Shown here: piece after piece, positions 37,475-50,699 of the stretch
How positions within the stretch are numbered: position 1 is the first letter of the stretch
How the letters are laid out: each line of letters begins with the position of its first letter
Assembly: GCA_030141605.1 (NCBI GenBank)
Contig: JAQGDQ010000151.1
Span: 62,001 to 126,000, forward strand
Direction of reading: 5' to 3'
DNA: 64,000 bases
Source: Tubiluchus corallicola
Taxonomy: Eukaryota; Animalia; Priapulida
Program-made: the position numbers and the translations under genes
Notes under the pieces: generated by a model
Databases searched by the model: none
The model's input: only the letters and a program-made list of their open reading frames with translations
Told to the model about the DNA's origin: nothing

Positions 37475-38975
37475 GTGCACTTCAAACAAATTCGATTATT
37501 GGCATACGCGCTTCAAATCGTTTTATTTAGTAGCACACACTTCAAATCGTTTTATTTATTAGCATACATTCTGTTAACGTACAAATGTGATGGTGCTGGC
37601 ATACGCACTTCAAATCGTTTTATTTATTAGCATACATTCTATTAAACAAATGGGAATGTGCACTTCAAATCATTTTGTTTATTAGCACACACTTAAAATC
37701 GTTTTATTTATTAGCATACATTCTGTTAACGTACAAATGTGATGGTGCACTTGGAATCATTTTAACATAAACATTTTATTGGCATACATTCTATTTACAT
37801 ACGCGCTTCAAATCATTTTGTTTATAAGCATACACACTTCACATCATTTTATTTATTAATATATGTTTTATTGGAATATGTGCTTCAAATCATTTTATTA
37901 GTATACATTCTATTAACATACAAATGGAAGGATGCACTTTTATTTTAACTTCCACCAGGGGCGTCGTGCACCAAAAAAAAATTGGGGGGCCCGACTGTAT
38001 ATATTGGCGGAACTTAACTGTTTAAAAAACGTATAATTTTGAAAAAAAATAAACAGTATTTTGCGTGCAAGAAAAACGATTTATTTATTCCTAACTGGCA
38101 TTTAACTTAAAGCTATAGCAAAGGAAACTTAATTAAAATTTAATTAAGTATTTATTAGCTGTCAGGAATCCGACACAGAACTATCGACGCACAACATCAC
38201 TCCAGAAGAGCTCAACCACAGACTTCAAGTCCATATTCTTTGTTTTCTCAGCCTCAACTGCAAGGATCATCAGGTCACTCAGTCGTGTCCGACTCTTTGT
38301 GCTGCGGAAATGATGAAATGTGCTCAAAATCACGCCCTTTTATGCAGCAAACTCGTGGGAAAGAGTGGCTAAGGAGTAACAAAGAGTCGGTAATGTCCAA
38401 TCAGGAGGTGGCTGAGCCGTGGCTCATCAATTTGTATCTCCCAAACGGACTCTCTGGTACTAGGCTAGCTGGACAAACTGACTCTCTGGTACTAGGCTAG
38501 CTCAACATGACTTCAATGTTTGCATTGTTTTTGCTCTATTATTTTACTTATTCTCTATTATAACACACTGCTGAACGAAGCTCGAGTGCTAACTGAGCCG
38601 TTTTGTTAACTAACAGTCTTTTGTGCAAAGAGGCTAATGCTACTCAACGAGCTGCTTTGTTAACTGTTCCTGCCTGCCTCCTGAATAGATTACATGCAAA
38701 CAAATTAACTACATCCTGACTTTCAGGTAAACACATACTCATGCTCATACTGTTCGCATTTATGGAGCGCTGGCCCGCTATTGCGTGTCAAAAAGTCGGA
38801 AATAAATTTGCTTACCGGTCTCATTACGAGCCGCTGACACCCTTCAAATTTTTGACATTTTCTAAAAAAATTGGGGGGGCCCGGGCCCCTATGGCACGAC
38901 GCCACTGACTTCCACATTTTATTAGCATACATTCTATTTGAAGACACACTTGAAATTGTTTTATTTATTAGCATA
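37475..38975. repeat. Irregular AT-rich tandem repeat, interrupted by a MITE
   Basis: Recurring CACTTCAAATCGTTTTATTTATTAGCATACA(TTCT) units at 37475-37950, resuming at 38916-38975. Confidence 0.8.
37956..38907. mobile_element. hAT-type MITE with perfect 8-bp TSD ACTTCCAC
   Basis: Ends CAGGGGCGTCGTGC and GCACGACGCCACTG; TSD at 37948-37955 and 38908-38915; subterminal AAAAAATTGGGGGGCCC motif at both ends. Confidence 0.92.
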
Positions 38976-39959
38976 TTTATTTATAAAGCCAACCACTGAA
39001 GCAGAGACATCAGCTCCAGAGAGGAATTAGACCGGGCCAATTACTGGAGCAAATTGGCGAGTCCCATAGTTGAATAGTTTCATACTTTCTGCTTTTCGTG
39101 ATACTTCTATAAATTTATTCATTCTGTTTTATTTTTATGCTTGTGTTAAGCGTGACTTTAAAGTAGCAGTTTTTATAATTTGAACAGCAATTTGTTGAAT
39201 CCAATTGTAAGACTCAGTATTACAGAAAATCGTTGTTCAGTTAAAAAGGTTAAATTTTAAACAGTACTATGTTACTTGTTTGGCAATCATAAACAATATC
39301 TTAATTACGTACTCAACTGTTACAAGAAGTGCTAACTTTGACTTCAACTGGCACACACTTGGAATATACAAAGATTACTGTGAAGACACATCTGTGATGA
39401 ACTGGGCATAATAGTTTAATGGTTTATTTTATTTCCAAAATGCCAATAAGTACATTGTTATAATTTTTATAGAGAAACTGTTGCCACAACAAAATTTAAA
39501 TTCATCATAAATTGATATAACAGGCCAAAAAGAGTAGAATTGTACAGGACTGAGCAGAAAGCAAAATGAAGAGAGAAGATGCAAAATGTGCAGGATAAAA
39601 AAGCAAAAAATGAAATACAAGGGTGGCAGTAAGGGTAAGGAAATGACAGTGAAGAGTGAATGAGATGATGAGACGAAATTAGGTTCGCATGAGAATGTGA
39701 ACAGAAACAAACAGTGAACAGAAACATCAGCCGAGTCACTACAAAAAACAGTAGTAGCTATGCTAGGGACAATAACCTTAGTATTTATTCTATACTTCTA
39801 CACTTCTTGGTTATTTTTCATTCTTGTAGGACATATGACTAATAACGATTATTGTACAGTGTACAAAGATGAGTTTGTTAGGACAAGAACTCATTTAAAC
39901 TTTGTTAACTAATATGACAGTTAGAGATTATATATATATCTAAGCTATTAATTAATATA

Positions 39960-41420
39960 AGATTTTTAGGCATCTTTTATATTTAAGAATGGTATATAAT
40001 CAGGTAAAGAATTCAAACTTAAAGGACCATAAAATTTGATGAACTGCTTAGCAACATTGGTGCGAACCTATGTGGCAATGTATCGATTATAACGTGTATT
40101 ATGATATTTTACATTTAATGTGACAGGAATATTGAAGAAATTGGGAAAGAATTTATTATTGGTTTTATACGTGAAGATTGCAGAGTTGTAAAAAACTAAA
40201 TTATCAATAGTAAGAAGTTTACATTGTTTGAACTGTGTGTCATCTATATGAGAATATTTATTTAGTTCAAAGAATAAAAGAAAAAAATTTCACTGGAGTG
40301 ACCATAAAGCATTTTGATTTGTTGTGTAAATAATTCCCCAGAGACATATTACATAATTTAAGTATGGACAGACTAAAGCATAGTAGAGGTAAATGTGAAG
40401 AAGATAAACAGTTTTTATATGAGACATAATTCCATTATTTTTATTTATTTTAAAGCTAATCATTTTTGTGTGGGAATCCCAGTCGAGATACTCATGTAAA
40501 CTTATACCTAAAAATTTACAGGATGTAACTCTTTCACGTGAAGCCCATCAATGAAAAGATTAAAATCAGGGCGAACTGTTTCATTTCTAGAACGGAATAG
40601 TATATATTTGGTCTTACTAGAATTTAATGGTAATTTATTGGCTTTAACCCAGTTCGAGATGTCAGTGAAACTACCATTAATTTTGTACAACTAAAGTTAT
40701 TGAAGTCAAAGAAAAGTGTGGTATCATCGTCAAACTGGACAATATTGGGGAGCAAAAAAGATTTTGTATATGATTAAATGTAGATTAAGAACAAAAGCGA
40801 TCCCAAGATAGACCCGTGCGGAACACCACAATTCATAAATAGTTCATTTGATGTGAAGTTGTTGCGCCTGATACATTGGCTGTGATTATTAAAGTAGCTA
40901 TTCAACCATGAATATGTAACCCCCCTAAAACCATAAACGGATTATTTATGAAGTAATATGTCATGATTAACACTATCAAATGCTTTAGAGACAGGTCACA
41001 AGATACACCGGCTACAATGGAATTATGTTCACTGGTATTAATTATAGTTTTGCACACAGTTATCAGTGGTAAGTTAACTGACCAATCTTTCCTAAAACCA
41101 GATTGTTTCTCATTCAGTATATTGCTATTAGTTAAATAGCTATACATTTGATTATAAACCCAACGTTCAAAAATATTTAAAAAAAATGGGAGTAAGGAAA
41201 TTGGTCTGTAATTGTTCATTAATGTTGGATCACCACATTTAAATAAAATGTATAACAACGGCTTTCTTAAAATTGTCAGGCACAACACCAGTAGATAGAG
41301 AGACATTTACCAAATGACTGAGAGCAACTGAAATAGAATGAATGACATCAGAGACAATTTTTGGGGAAAAATTGAAGGTTTCGGTACTTTTACTACGATT
41401 GAGTGATCTACCTATTTTAC
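39960..41420 (-). mobile_element. Degenerate CR1/L2-group LINE RT and 3' end
   Basis: NYRPISLLP, QSGFRK, DLS..AFD, GVPHGSILGSLLFLIYI, QFDDDTTLF, WVKANKLPLNSSKTKYILF. Confidence 0.88.
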
Positions 41421-41427
41421 AAATGCC

Positions 41428-41689
41428 ATCGCATGTAACAGGATGAAAAGAAGTGAAGGGCTGATTGTAATGAAGGAGTAATAAAAAAATTACTGTTGTG
41501 CTATTCTTGCTTGTTACAATTTGTAACTTTGTTTTTTTCAGTTACACATGGTATTGCTATCGCATGTAACAGGATGAAAAGAAGTGAAGGGCTAATTGTA
41601 ATGAAGGAGTAATAAAAAAATTACTGTTGTGCTATTCTTGCTTGTTACAATTTGTAACTTTGTTTTTTTCAGTTACACATGGTATTGCT
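41428..41689. repeat. 131-bp tandem duplication spanning a splice acceptor
   Basis: 41428-41558 and 41559-41689, near-identical, with ATCG microhomology at the junctions. Confidence 0.9.
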
Positions 41690-41773
41690 ATCGTGGCAAT
41701 GTTGACTTAAACATGTCTAGACCAACTGACCCAGGCTGCTATGGCAATCATACTGTTCTGCTTCCTTTTCACA
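41673..41773 (+). CDS. Exon of the REJ-domain gene
   Basis: tttttttcag|T TAC ACA TGG...CAC A|gtgagt; encodes YTWYCYRGNVDLNMSRPTDPGCYGNHTVLLPFH (REJ Y.W.C...GC motif); phase 2 in, phase 1 out. Confidence 0.88.
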
Positions 41774-43169
41774 GTGAGTGAATAATGTAGTAAATTTAAA
41801 GATGTTGTTACAAAACTTACAAATAAAGAAAATCAAAAGTGGATAGCAAAACATGATAAGTGCAAATTTGTTAATTTTTTGAATAAGAATTATCTTGTTA
41901 TTTTCCAGTCACCTATTTTTCTTTATTTATTAAGGTTATGTAATACTTGCAGAACGTTGTTAGAAATCAACCATTTATTCTTTGTTTCTCAAAGTTTGAA
42001 AACTTAATAACTCCAAAAGTAAAACAGCTAGAGTCATGAAACAGGCGCAGTAGACACCATATATAGACGTTTGGGGCAGGGGGACAGACAATGGTCTGGT
42101 GACCATTGACCTAATGTCATGAAGCCAAGTATCCTGGATATCGTTTTGGTTGGTGGAGTTTTTGGATTAGTATTCTAGTCCTCCTGGAGCTTTGAGTTAA
42201 ATTCAAATTTTTTCACAGTTATTTAGGTCTTGTACAGTAGATGTGAACTAGTTATTTTCAGAAATTGGAGTGGGAGTGTTGAACAGCCTCATCATTCAAG
42301 TCAAATTACATTATTCGACTAGAAGTCTATGCTTTTACATGAGTAACCGGGAAAATCTAGATGTTCGATTAAATTTAATTTTTTCAATTCAAAAATTTAT
42401 TTGTCCCAATACAAAACTAAGACAATTACAACAAATTGTGCAAAGTGTGTGAAATTGGGGTGGCGAAAGACCAGAAGGTCATCAAGTCAGCCACTCCTAT
42501 AAGAATATTTTAAATGACTCCAGAATACATGGTTCAGTTAAAAATGTGCAGTTAGACTTTAAATACAGTAAATGAACAAAACCATGTATTAATGGAGTTA
42601 ACTTATTAATGTAACTAAATACACCAAAGCAATTAAATTTAAATATAGCAAATGAATCAAATGCATTTGAATCATGAATAGTTACAAAGAATTATAGATA
42701 AAATGGCCTCTATACAGTTTTGTAAACAAATTGGTAAGTAACATTTTGGGAAGAAAATTGCAATTATGCATCTACTCAATGAATTTCGGGCAGTTTTATA
42801 GAGAGTAACTCATGAACTATTGAATCCATCTTGCTATTTAAATCACCCAATCACCTCTCATAAATTAGCAAAGGAAACTGTCCAAATTACAAATTGCTTT
42901 ACTGGCACAATATGCAGCCTTTATTTATACTTGACATTGCACAGAAAAAAAGAAGATAAAAACACGAAATAAATGAAAGAATTGGACAGTATAAAATCCA
43001 AAAAATAACTAGTTGACAACGTTTCTCCTTGCTTGAATACATGGGAAGTGCATTTCACAATGAAACCTCAGCATTTAATTGTTTAGCCCATCACTGGTCA
43101 AAGTTCAACCAATCACAGCATAACTCATATCATTCAGTTTGTCTCTTAGAGACCTTTTGTTAGATATAC

Positions 43170-43670
43170 AACAAGGTATTTTGGTTAGACCCCGGAAGGC
43201 ATTTGTCTCCTCAACCCTATTTTGTCCCTTTTGGGGTTACAGGTTAACGATTTACGCTGTAAACTATACCATTTGATCCACCTCGTCGAAACCTGTCATT
43301 TGATATGCTACATCGTACCATTCGTAGACACTCTATGCATTTCTGTTCCTCACCCCCATTTTTCGGTTTTTGTCCCCTGCTGGGGTCAGAGATTAACCTG
43401 TCTCGGCATAACTTATTCCATTTGGTTTGTCTCATCAGGATCTTTCGTTTGATATGCCACAAGCTAGTTCTGGTCGACACTAGAAGGCATTTGTCTCCTC
43501 GACCCCTATTTTGCCCCTAGCAGAGTCGCGGGTTAGCTATTTTCATTGTAACCTATGCCATTCGATATGCCTCATCGGGACCTTTCATTTCATGTACTAC
43601 AAGATATCATTGCTCAACACTCCTTGCACTTCTGTTCCCGATCCCCATTTTTCGGTTTTTGCCCAATAAC
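43170..43670. repeat. Diverged tandem repeat, period about 290 bp
   Basis: GAAGGCATTTGTCTCCTC.ACCCTATTTTG at about 43195 and 43483; CCCCATTTTTCGGTTTTTG at about 43354 and 43643. Confidence 0.7.
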
Positions 43671-44245
43671 AGAAAATTTTGCTACACACGCACGTCCCAT
43701 ATTTTGTGACGTGCAACGCCATGACACCGTCTAGCAACATACGAAATATTGTGGCCCTTGCTAAAAAACTATGTGAGCAGATGGATCATAAAGAAAAACA
43801 AATAAAGATCTGCCGCCTCCGTGATTTTTGACCCAGCAACTCCAGTCACACGCATACGTAGATAACTTTGCCCAGAGAGTGTATCCAGTGAGTTTTATGT
43901 TCCTAGCATGTAAAAGTTCACAAATTGGGAGACCCCAAATTTTGCATTTTGGCCCTCACTCGGGCGTTTAAAACTTGTCAGCTTTTTAAAACCCCAGGTG
44001 CACACCAGCTTCACAGTACAAATTTGGAAAAAAATGAAAGCCCTAGGGGCATATGTGACCTAAAGCAAAAACTGACCGATGGTCACTGCCCTTCCCCCGT
44101 TGACCAGTGGTCACTGTTTGCCACATTGTTGTATGTCCCACACCCAGGACTACTAACCCTGTATATAAATATAACTCAATGAAAAATGCTATGGCAAATT
44201 CTTAATTAGAAATAAATGAATAAAAAAAGTATTTTAATTTGTTCC

Positions 44246-45150
44246 TTACTTACACTGTAGTTTTAATAATTAAAAGTGTGATTGGTACGTGTACCTTGAC
44301 GAACAAAGTGTTGGGCGCCGAGTAACACACTATCTGAAGTAGGACGTACATGGGCTAGCCCAATTAGGACGCGTTGTACATGGGCTGCCCAAGTAGGCCA
44401 CTAGAGACAGGTCGTGAATTGAGTACAATTGAAAACGTCAGTGCACGTTGAATAATTTACTATACATCTGAGGAAATAAAAAAATTATTCTGAGCTGGTA
44501 GAAAGAACAGTGTTAAATTTGGCTTCAATATTAATGTTTTTGAAAGTTAAATAAGCCCATTGTTTAGGTGATTTCAACATTTGTATTTGGTACATCATTT
44601 TTTATTTTGTCTTGTTTCACAGACAGGTGATCCGTTTCACTACCTCTTGGACAAATAATTGTTTTCTCCCAAGTAAAATTTCTAGCGATCTATGTACTCT
44701 ACATATTCTAGCGTGCCATGTAGGACAGTGCTCTACATGTTTCAATACTATAGATATTATTAAAACTAATTGTCTTTGCTTTTCCTAAACGTTAAAAATT
44801 ACTTTTTTGTGTTGTGAAGGCTTAGCAGCATTTTTAAACTTGCAGTTATTTCTGTAATAACTTCTCTGTTCTTTAGTTTCTCTCTTTACAGCATTAGATA
44901 CTTAGTTTAATGTCATGATGATAATAATGGGACTAATAATAATGATGATATTATCATAAAAAAATACATTGGTAAATTGCCAAGGACCATCCATCATTAC
45001 TTACACTGTACTTTTAATAATTAAAAGTGTGACTGGTACCTGTACCTTGACGAACAAAGTGTTGGGCGCCGAGTAACCCACTATCCGAAGTAGGACAATT
45101 GACGTACATGGGCTAGCCCAATTAGGTCTCGTTGTACATGGGCTGCCCAA
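44246..45150. repeat. Pair of direct repeats of about 150 bp (44246-44392 and 44997-45150)
   Basis: TTACTTACACTGTA...GTTGGGCGCCGAGTAAC...CATGGGCTGCCCAA occurs twice with a few substitutions and a 7-nt indel. Confidence 0.8.
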
Positions 45151-45769
45151 ATATTGCTTCAAAAAGTTAATAAATATGGTTTACGTATTATGTACTCTTG
45201 ATATAGATCAAGAGTTTTTAATATAGCAAATTCACTTTCTGTTTGCATTGGAAGAGGAAACTTAGTTTCATAAAAATACAGTAATTCTCGCATAGGTCTG
45301 CTGGAAATGATTTTTGGTTCGTTCGAGTGATTTTTATAGTAGGATGGGTGTAATTAGCGTCGGAGGCAGTTTATTAAGAATGAATTGGTGAGGCCTTGCG
45401 ATAACGAATTTAATTCCTGATCAATGATCTCCAGGCTATAAATAAAGTGGTCGATTAGAAAATTCGTTTGTAAAAGTGCAAATAATTTGTTTTGTATTTT
45501 AATATTGCTGTGAAAGTTCGTTAATATAATCTCGAGTTTGTGACGATACTGTGTAATTTAGGGACCGGGGGGGTGCCTGACCCCCTCATTTTTTAAAATC
45601 CCCCCTTTTCAAATAATATTGACGTCAGTGCCAGATGACGTGCTGTGCATAGAACCAGCAAAACAAGATCATTACAACTATTCCGGCCAATTAGCTAATG
45701 AATAGAAAAGTTTTGCACCCGGCCTTCCCCGGGTCAGTCACCGGATATACCAGATACCAACGACGCGAG

Positions 45770-48700
45770 TCAGTCAAGTGCTACGCTAAACACCAGAAAT
45801 AGTTTCCAATTCTGCAGGAGGAAATCTAATGGGCTAGACAAGCAAAGAAAAGTGATAGCAATTACCTGTGACAAATGCTATTCAGAACATTCAGACTCCA
45901 GTCACCCCCTGTTTACGCAAACTCAAACGGTGTTGTTTTACCAAGAAACTGTGTATCATGTAGAAGTTGGGGCAGCGAAGCTGATTTAGCAAATGACGAT
46001 ATACTGGGTTGTTCTAGGGAACCGTTAGCTTCAATAGCCTGCAGCATGATAAACCATGAGAAAAGTAATAAGTTGATCGAAATGCTGAACAACAGCGAAG
46101 ATGATCTTCCACGAGAGGAACTCATGATCAACAAAATCACAAACATGGAAAACCAAATTACGAACATAAATCGAGAACTTGTAGCACTGGGGAGATCGCA
46201 GAACTGTTTATACAAGGACGCTGTACCACTCAATTTGGGTTAAGTTACAGCGAAAATCACGAGAAATCTAGCCAGCAAAGTGTGTCGTATTTGTACGACC
46301 CGGACAGAACGATACTCATTGAGAACGTTAATGATAAAGACATCGCAAAAACTAGCATGTCTATAAAGAAGAACTTTAGCCACTATTTCCCTAGAACTAG
46401 TTTTGAAGAAGCTTTCAGGACGGCAACTGGAAAACTCCAATTGAAACAGCAAATGACATTCTTCAGAAATGACAGCCATGTTTTCTAGGTGACAATACGA
46501 ATGCGAGAAAACCTAAGATGCAATTCTGGGGTCTAGTACGAGACTGTGATCCCAGCATGACAGAGGATGAAATCCTGCATGACGTCCAGCTTCATCCTGC
46601 ATGACGTCCAGCAATTTGATTATGATGCAGCTATAGAACGTTTCAAGTTTAAAAGTGGTAAACCAATGACTCTCGTAAAAGTGAAATTCAGTAGTGCGGA
46701 CATGTTGAATGAAGCCAAAAGGAAAGAAATAGCCATCGGTCAACTAATTTGTGGTGTGGAACAGTTTGTCAATCAAGCCAAAACCGCTACAGTGCTTCAA
46801 GTGCCAAAATCTTGGTCACGTCTCAAAATGGTGTAACAGAACTGTGATGTGCGGCATCTGCTCTGGCAAGCACAATACATCAGACTGTGATTCCAACAAA
46901 AAGAAGTGCTCCAATTGCAAAGGAGACGACGAGGCCAGAAGCAAAACCTGTACGAAGTACCAAGCAGAGGTGAAACGATTATCTGGTAATAACGTTCAGT
47001 AATCAGTTCGACGATTTTAAGATATGTCAAATCAATATAAATTACTTTTCAACTAGATCTAAACGGGCCTTAGATAATTATGTAAACAGTGGAAATTTTG
47101 ACATTGTTACTGTACAGGAACTTAAGGTTAACGTGATGAAGTATCTTTAACCAAGTGTCATGGATATGTTAAAATTAGAAACACAGCTACTAGTGGCTGT
47201 GCTATCTTTGTTAAAAATGGATTAACCAGCTGTCGCTTTGAACACTTTGAGGATGACTATACCGACTCTGTGTGGGTTTTAGTAAAACTTTTTGATTTTA
47301 AATTTATCATTGTCTCAATATATGTACTGCCCAATGCTTCTTCCCATATGCAAAGTGCTTTAAAGTCAATAGCTAAAGCTTGCCAGTATGTTGAAACCCA
47401 TGGTTTAGATGGCGTAATTGCAACGGGTGATTTTAATGTAAGAAGTTTCATGTGGGATATAAAGACGAATGAACTAGGCGGTCTTTTAAATAATTTTATT
47501 TGGTCCAGCAATTACCCTGTTACACCTACAGCACCTTTTACTGAGACCTTTTGCTCTGTAAACGGTAAAAGCATTATTGACATTGTTTTATCAGCACATA
47601 AATTAACCTCATTTAGAACTACGCAAAATGCTGATAGATATGTAGAATTGGTTTCTGGTGCACCGCTAATATCTTGGAGCGGTGTTTTGGAAAAGGAAAT
47701 ATGTATGCATTTTCCATGTATAAACGCAGCTATCCTCTTGCAACATCCCTGGGAAGTTAGGAAAATATATTCAAGAGCTTAATAGGCCACGCGAATGAAA
47801 AAAGTTACTGAAGAAAGTAATCTGTGCTCACTCTGAACGGAAAATCTAACAATGTTATGAAATGCAGTTCGTCATTATAGAAAAGAGCATCTGAAAATAA
47901 CTTCACAAATAAAAACCTATATATCGAGGCAAAATCAATTTTTGACCAAGTACTCAAATTAGCAGCGGATAAATGGTTACAAGAAAAATGCCCTAAATTA
48001 AATGTGTCGCAAGGCAGCCTTTTTGGAAATCGTACAATTTTTTTTTTACTAATACTAACCAGTCGGATATTGCATCGCTGATTCACAAAGCGTCTGTTCA
48101 TACTGATCCAAATGATCTATGCCAAGTTCTATATGATAGCTTTCTCAGTGGCGAACATGTACACGACAATAATTTCGGTGATAGATGTCGCATTTTTGTT
48201 GAAAACAGTATAACTGGTTTTGATGACTTTAGCAATGAACCCCAGGAAATTAACTCTGACTTTTGCATGAATGATTTAAAATCAGCTATCAAACAGACTC
48301 CCATATTTGGTAAAAGCGTTGATTTTGATGGTTTTCATCCGTTAATGATAAATCATCTTGGTTTTTGGGCCAAAGCAGTTTTTTTACATTTATGTAACCT
48401 TTGTTTGACACAAGGTTTCTGGGTATGGTGCCGCTCTAAAGTCATCTTTATCAAAAAAGAAAATAAAGCTACTTATACTGTTACTAATCTTGGAAGTTTT
48501 AGGCCAATAACAATATCATCTTACTTTGGAAACTTGCAGAACGGGTAATTACAAACCGTCTAAGAAAATTATGCTCGAATATGGACTTATCGACAAAGAA
48601 CAAGAAGGATTCATGCCTGATCACAATTGCGAGCGGTATTTAGTGCGTTTAATTTCCAGTATACAAGAAAATCAATTACAGAAAATCGCATCTCTGGCTA

Positions 48701-48932
48701 TCTGTTGCAATTTTCAATGTGCGTTCGATATCATCTCGTTAGACAGTCTTGTTTTTCGGTTCTTTCTGCTGATATCCAGGGTAAGATGTTAGGAGCTACT
48801 CAAATATTTTCTTTATAATAGAAAAATATTAAGCTTGGAAGTTATACTTCATGTGAATATGACTGTAAGATTGGGGTTCCCCAGGGTTTGGTTTTCTCAC
48901 CTTTACTTTTCATTTTCTATGTATCAGATATG
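45770..48932 (+). mobile_element. I/Jockey-group LINE (ORF1 with three zinc knuckles; ORF2 with APE and RT), 3'-interrupted
   Basis: PKPLQCFKCQNLGHVSKWC...CGICSGKH..C...CSNCKG; APE motifs VQE, GDFN, IIDIV; RT motifs FRPITISS, QEGF, AFD, GVPQGLVFSPLLFIFYVSDM, breaking just before the YADD box. Confidence 0.88.
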
Positions 48933-50328
48933 TGTAACATACTGTTTATTTCCCCCAAGAAAGTCTGATGAGAAATAATGTAATGATGGTGTTATCAATA
49001 ATAATAATCAATATGACAACCAAGCTATTGTCATGTTATCAGCTAAACCTGAAAACAAGTATTAAAATGGTTCAGTTGCCCTTTTAACCCAAGATTTAGG
49101 AATTTAAGTTCTGCGGGTTGGTTTGTAGCATTCAACTTTGTGCGCGATATGAAGCCGTCTGATCAACTTGTGAATGCGGAGAGAGGTGACCCAGAAAACT
49201 CGTCGCGATACAGGTGTACAAGGTAGAAAACAGTCAAGCTTTGGTATCGGACCTGAAAACCTTACACAGGTCAGACTTTTCGTAATTGCAGTTTTGCTGA
49301 ACTTTCGAACGAAAATGTTTGTCCATTTTACTACTTTTGATTGCTGCCGTCATAGTTGATGGGTGAGGATTTTGGACAGTTAATGGACTCCCAAGCACCC
49401 CATGTTATGGTGATAGTACTTGTGGCTGGAGGACTACCGGTCGAGCGATAGACGAGAAGGACACGACAGTTCTCTTGTTTATTTGAGGCCAGCAAGAGGT
49501 GTCTAGAGCTTCAGACTATTTCACGGGATCCCGATCTGTAAGTTGATTTATTCTTTGCCTTACTATGCAGCGTGTCATGGGTACAGATGGACTAATGGTT
49601 TTCACAATTGATAAAGGTTCAATATGAACGTGATCCTACACGAGTTGAAGTCATGCCAGACATTGAAATTGTGTATGAAGTTTAGCAACGAAATGTTTCC
49701 GGTGTGCTGCTAATTTACACGTGACGTCACAGCCCCGAATGCTACTTTTAATCCATTAACTTGCTAGCATTTCCCCAGGGGTGGCTGGTAGTTAAGATAA
49801 GCCCTTAGACGAACGTTTGCTACGGTTAGTTTAGCTTATGTCCACTGGAAATATTACCAAGACATCATAATATGTTAGTTATATACACTGTTTATTTTTG
49901 GTGATATTACTTAATTTTGCTTTCAATTTAGCCCAATAACGTTTTTCTGATATTTTTGCCAATGTTTTGTTTTGATGTATTGTGCTTTAATGACATATTT
50001 CATCGGTTTGATTTTCGTGCCTAATGTTTTGTCATTAAACGTGATTACAGTATACGATAATTATTATTGTTGCATCATTGACCTGTTGCATTTAATTCGA
50101 TTAACCGACAAGTGCTAATACAGAATCCCACAAGAACCAACACCATCTTGAAGTGGTAGCGCCCCCCCCCCCCCCGTAGACTACCCTTGCTGCGAAGCCA
50201 CTATCTGGAGTTTGTGGGCAGATCCCTCTTTAAAGTAAAATTTTATGTAAACTTATTGCTCGGCCAAGGAATCTCCAGTGACTACCTTACATCTAGTCAG
50301 GCCTGCCCCATCTGCACTAGTCGTAACA
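48933..50328 (+). repeat. Probable 5' LTR (about 1.4 kb) of the Gmr1-like element
   Basis: Starts TGTAACA exactly where LINE homology stops and ends GTAACA one base before an 18-nt PBS. No second LTR is available for confirmation. Confidence 0.6.
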
Positions 50329-50329
50329 A

Positions 50330-50347
50330 TGGTGGCAGCGGTGGGAT
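50330..50347 (+). promoter_or_regulatory. Primer-binding site, tRNA-Leu type (18 nt)
   Basis: TGGTGGCAGCGGTGGGAT directly after ...GTAACA-A. Confidence 0.88.
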
Positions 50348-50699
50348 CCTGTTAGGATACTTGTCGGAATATAATAGTAATCTGTTTGTAATTAATTGGC
50401 AATCAAAGCAATTGGTAGTTGCTACAGTGATTATTTTAGCATGAGTTGCAAACTGAGTGAAAGCTGGAAAAAGGCTACTAGTTTTTCTTGTTGTCTGAAT
50501 GACCTTGTTTTTACCTGTCATTTTATAATGTTGAGCTACTCTACACACTTGACCCATTTTGTAACTATACCTTGCTTTTGAGCAGCAGTATTTTTGCGCT
50601 AGTCGCATATAAATAAAGTTGTGACCTTCATTGCTGTGTGTGCGTTGTGAAATTCGTGTAAGTGTGTCATGATGGCAGAAGCCAGTGTTGTGTATGACT

